From NCBI GenBank assembly GCA_040954595.2, contig CM082576.2, positions 17,531,028-17,595,027 on the forward strand: DNA of 64,000 bases. The letters run 5' to 3'. This DNA is from Balanoglossus misakiensis. Lineage: Eukaryota; Animalia; Hemichordata. A program made the translations under genes and the position numbers. The notes below the pieces were generated by a model. The model was not told the DNA's origin. It ran no database searches and saw only the letters and a list, made by a program, of their open reading frames with translations. Below, one piece after another: positions 61,559 through 64,000 of the stretch (within the stretch, counting starts at the first letter, position 1; every line of letters begins with the position of its first letter).

Positions 61559-62153
61559 GCGCTGTTTGAATGCTACCAACAGGCCACACAATACCGTGCC
61601 CATACAATTAGATAATTTGTTCACATGATTTTTGTGCTTTAGGTTAAAAAGTAATACACGCGAGAGAATAATGAATGGCATGTTATAAAACTTCGTCAGG
61701 AAATAATACCAGTGTTTCACTGGCCAATATTTCTATCAAAGCTATTCTGGTGATCATTATTCTGTATTTAATCTCATCATGTAGTACAATAGAAATTACA
61801 CTTGCATTTTGCTCCACATCCTTAGTGAAGATGATTATTAAAGCTGATGCATTGAGCAGCGAGACATTTAAACAACATTGGCTTTGTCATAATTATTGCC
61901 TACGTCATCGGTGTATTCCATAATATCAATTTGTTACCAGGGATATGAAGGATTTATGCAAAGTAGATAAACAATTTTTTTTAGATTGGTGGTAAACCTA
62001 CATGTTACTGTTTAGAATAATGAAAATAAAGATCTGAGAAGAACCTAAGATTTAACTAAAAGATACTTGATGCATGAACTTCGCAGGAGACAGGCGTGTC
62101 TGTTTAAAATAAGGATAGAGATTGCTATTGTTTTATAGAGGCTCGTGATTTAA

Positions 62154-62677
62154 AGGGACAAAGTCTCTCTCTCACTGCCCTTTTTCCATTAAGTATGATT
62201 AATACAGGACACCGGTGATGTTATTCTACATGTGGATATAAAGTGAATCAACGTTCGACCACACACAACTTCCATCCCGTTTGTAGACATGATAGTGAAA
62301 AAAAACCCTCGCCAAAATGAATTTATCTCTATACCATTTATTCATTTTGGGCGAGTTTTTACTCTCATGTCATGTTTGATACAACACACAGTTTATGTTG
62401 ATGTACATGTGTATATGTAGTGAACGATCGTTCAATCACGCACAACTTCCATCCCGCTTGTATGCAATGAGATTAAAAACTCGCCAAAAATGAATAAATG
62501 GTAGAGACCGATTATTCATTTTGGCGATTTATTTTCACTCTCGTGTCTACAAGCGGTATGGAAGGTGTGTGTTATTGAACATTGATTCAATATTTGTCAA
62601 CATGTACATTAACATAAACGGTGTCTTGTATCAAAAATAATTAATGGAAAAAGGGCAGCGAGAGAGACTTTGTCCCT
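62154..62677. mobile_element. Kolobok-type non-autonomous element (AGG...CCT, TTAA TSD) with long imperfect TIRs
   Basis: ttaa|agggacaaagtctctctc..ctgccctttttccattaa and ttaatggaaaaagggcag..gagagagactttgtccct|ttaa. Confidence 0.85.
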
Positions 62678-64000
62678 TTAATGGTCGGATTGAAAAATAT
62701 TTAAGATGCAAAAATGTAACTCTTTCTCAGCATACTGTTAATTCATATAAAAGAAACCTGTTCACGACACAAACTATTTTAATCACCATTAGTTCATTCT
62801 GTTTAAAATGTGAGAATTAGAATTCTTCCGCTCAGTCATTTTTTATTTACTTTTCTTTATAAGACAGACAAATGTGTTAAAATGATAAACTAAAGGTCAA
62901 TTTAAGACAAAAGGCAGAAATGCACTCCACAGATTTCCAAAAGAGAGACCACTGACTTCCATTTGTACGGTTGCCTTTGATAGTTGGCGAGCTGTCTTCT
63001 TTGCATATATGAAGGGAATAATTTTTTTATATTTTGGAATATGAATGAAATACCCATGTAAACCTCACGGGCTACTTTATATTCTGCCTTTTGGCGTAGT
63101 CTGTGTTACTTTTTTTATTCTGGGCTTGAAATCAAGTTTCAACAATAGTTGCTGACTGTATACATATCATTTGTGTTGACAATCCGTATACTGCGTATTT
63201 CACCATGCTTCAGAGTTTCAATCCAGAACTGTAGATAGTGAACAGAAAAACATATTAAAAATAGGTAAAATAACATGTATTAAAATATATATTAAAATTC
63301 AAACATTCGATTTTTTTTCTTGAAACATGACTAAGATACGTTTTAACCCTGAAAATGTGGCTATCTTCCTGTACATTATTCAAGATGAGAAGTAAATGAC
63401 CACAGTTTTTCTTAATTTTAAAAGTACATACAAGCATTTCTGTTATCAAACTACATGCTTTTATTTCAGTGGGTATTGGTAACTTATTAGCTTCAGTTCA
63501 TCGAATTAAATGTAGTACTTTATTTACCTGCACCATTTTGTCAGTCACATTTCTTATCAAAACTTTACGTAGCTAGCCTTTGGGCCAGAGGGGATTATCG
63601 CTTTCTCATAGCACTACCGCATTTGTTTGATACTGGTGTCTGGAGAATTTCAAAGGTATATTTTGCAAAATAAATTAGTATACATGTATATCCTCACAGT
63701 ATTTATAAGCGGTCTCATTAAACAGTGTGGAATTTCTGTTGTGAAATTGACCGTTGAATGTTTCAATTTGTCATCAAAAACGCCACGCAAATTTATTCAC
63801 ACATTGATTTTTTTAATTATTTTATCGGGCCATGTAGGGTAACGTTGAGGGTGAGTTACATTCAAATACTAACTAAAATTTTGAAATCTCTTAGAATGAT
63901 CTCAAATACTATTTTCCCCCAGCCTCCAGTTCCAGTATAGGTTGGGATTGTGATCGTATGTATTGCATATTAGTCAGTGATCATGTCAGCAGACCATTAC

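Overview
Eukaryotic genomic DNA from an animal (probably a marine invertebrate; the taxon cannot be fixed from this window). 1-25270: the end of a tandem 5S rDNA array (unit ~1.3 kb, 14 5S genes on the minus strand) that becomes more rearranged towards its edge. An intact BEL/Pao LTR retrotransposon is inserted in a spacer at 10631-16944 (apparently identical 287-bp LTRs, AAAAG target-site duplication, tRNA-His-type primer site, one 1768-aa ORF). 25825-33294: an 8-exon group II PLP-dependent amino-acid decarboxylase gene with bacterial-type motifs, a GA splice donor, a GC donor and a last-exon frameshift. 34-40 kb: DNA-transposon remnants (Harbinger-like, Academ-like). 43030-61558: a 5-exon divergent nicotinic acetylcholine receptor alpha-type gene with an intact ligand-binding aromatic box but an atypical pore. 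Its intron 3 holds a 10.8-kb 69-bp satellite preceded by a promoter/splice-like cassette, plus a 150-bp hairpin. Its intron 4 holds nested foldback elements. All calls were read by eye; no searches were run.
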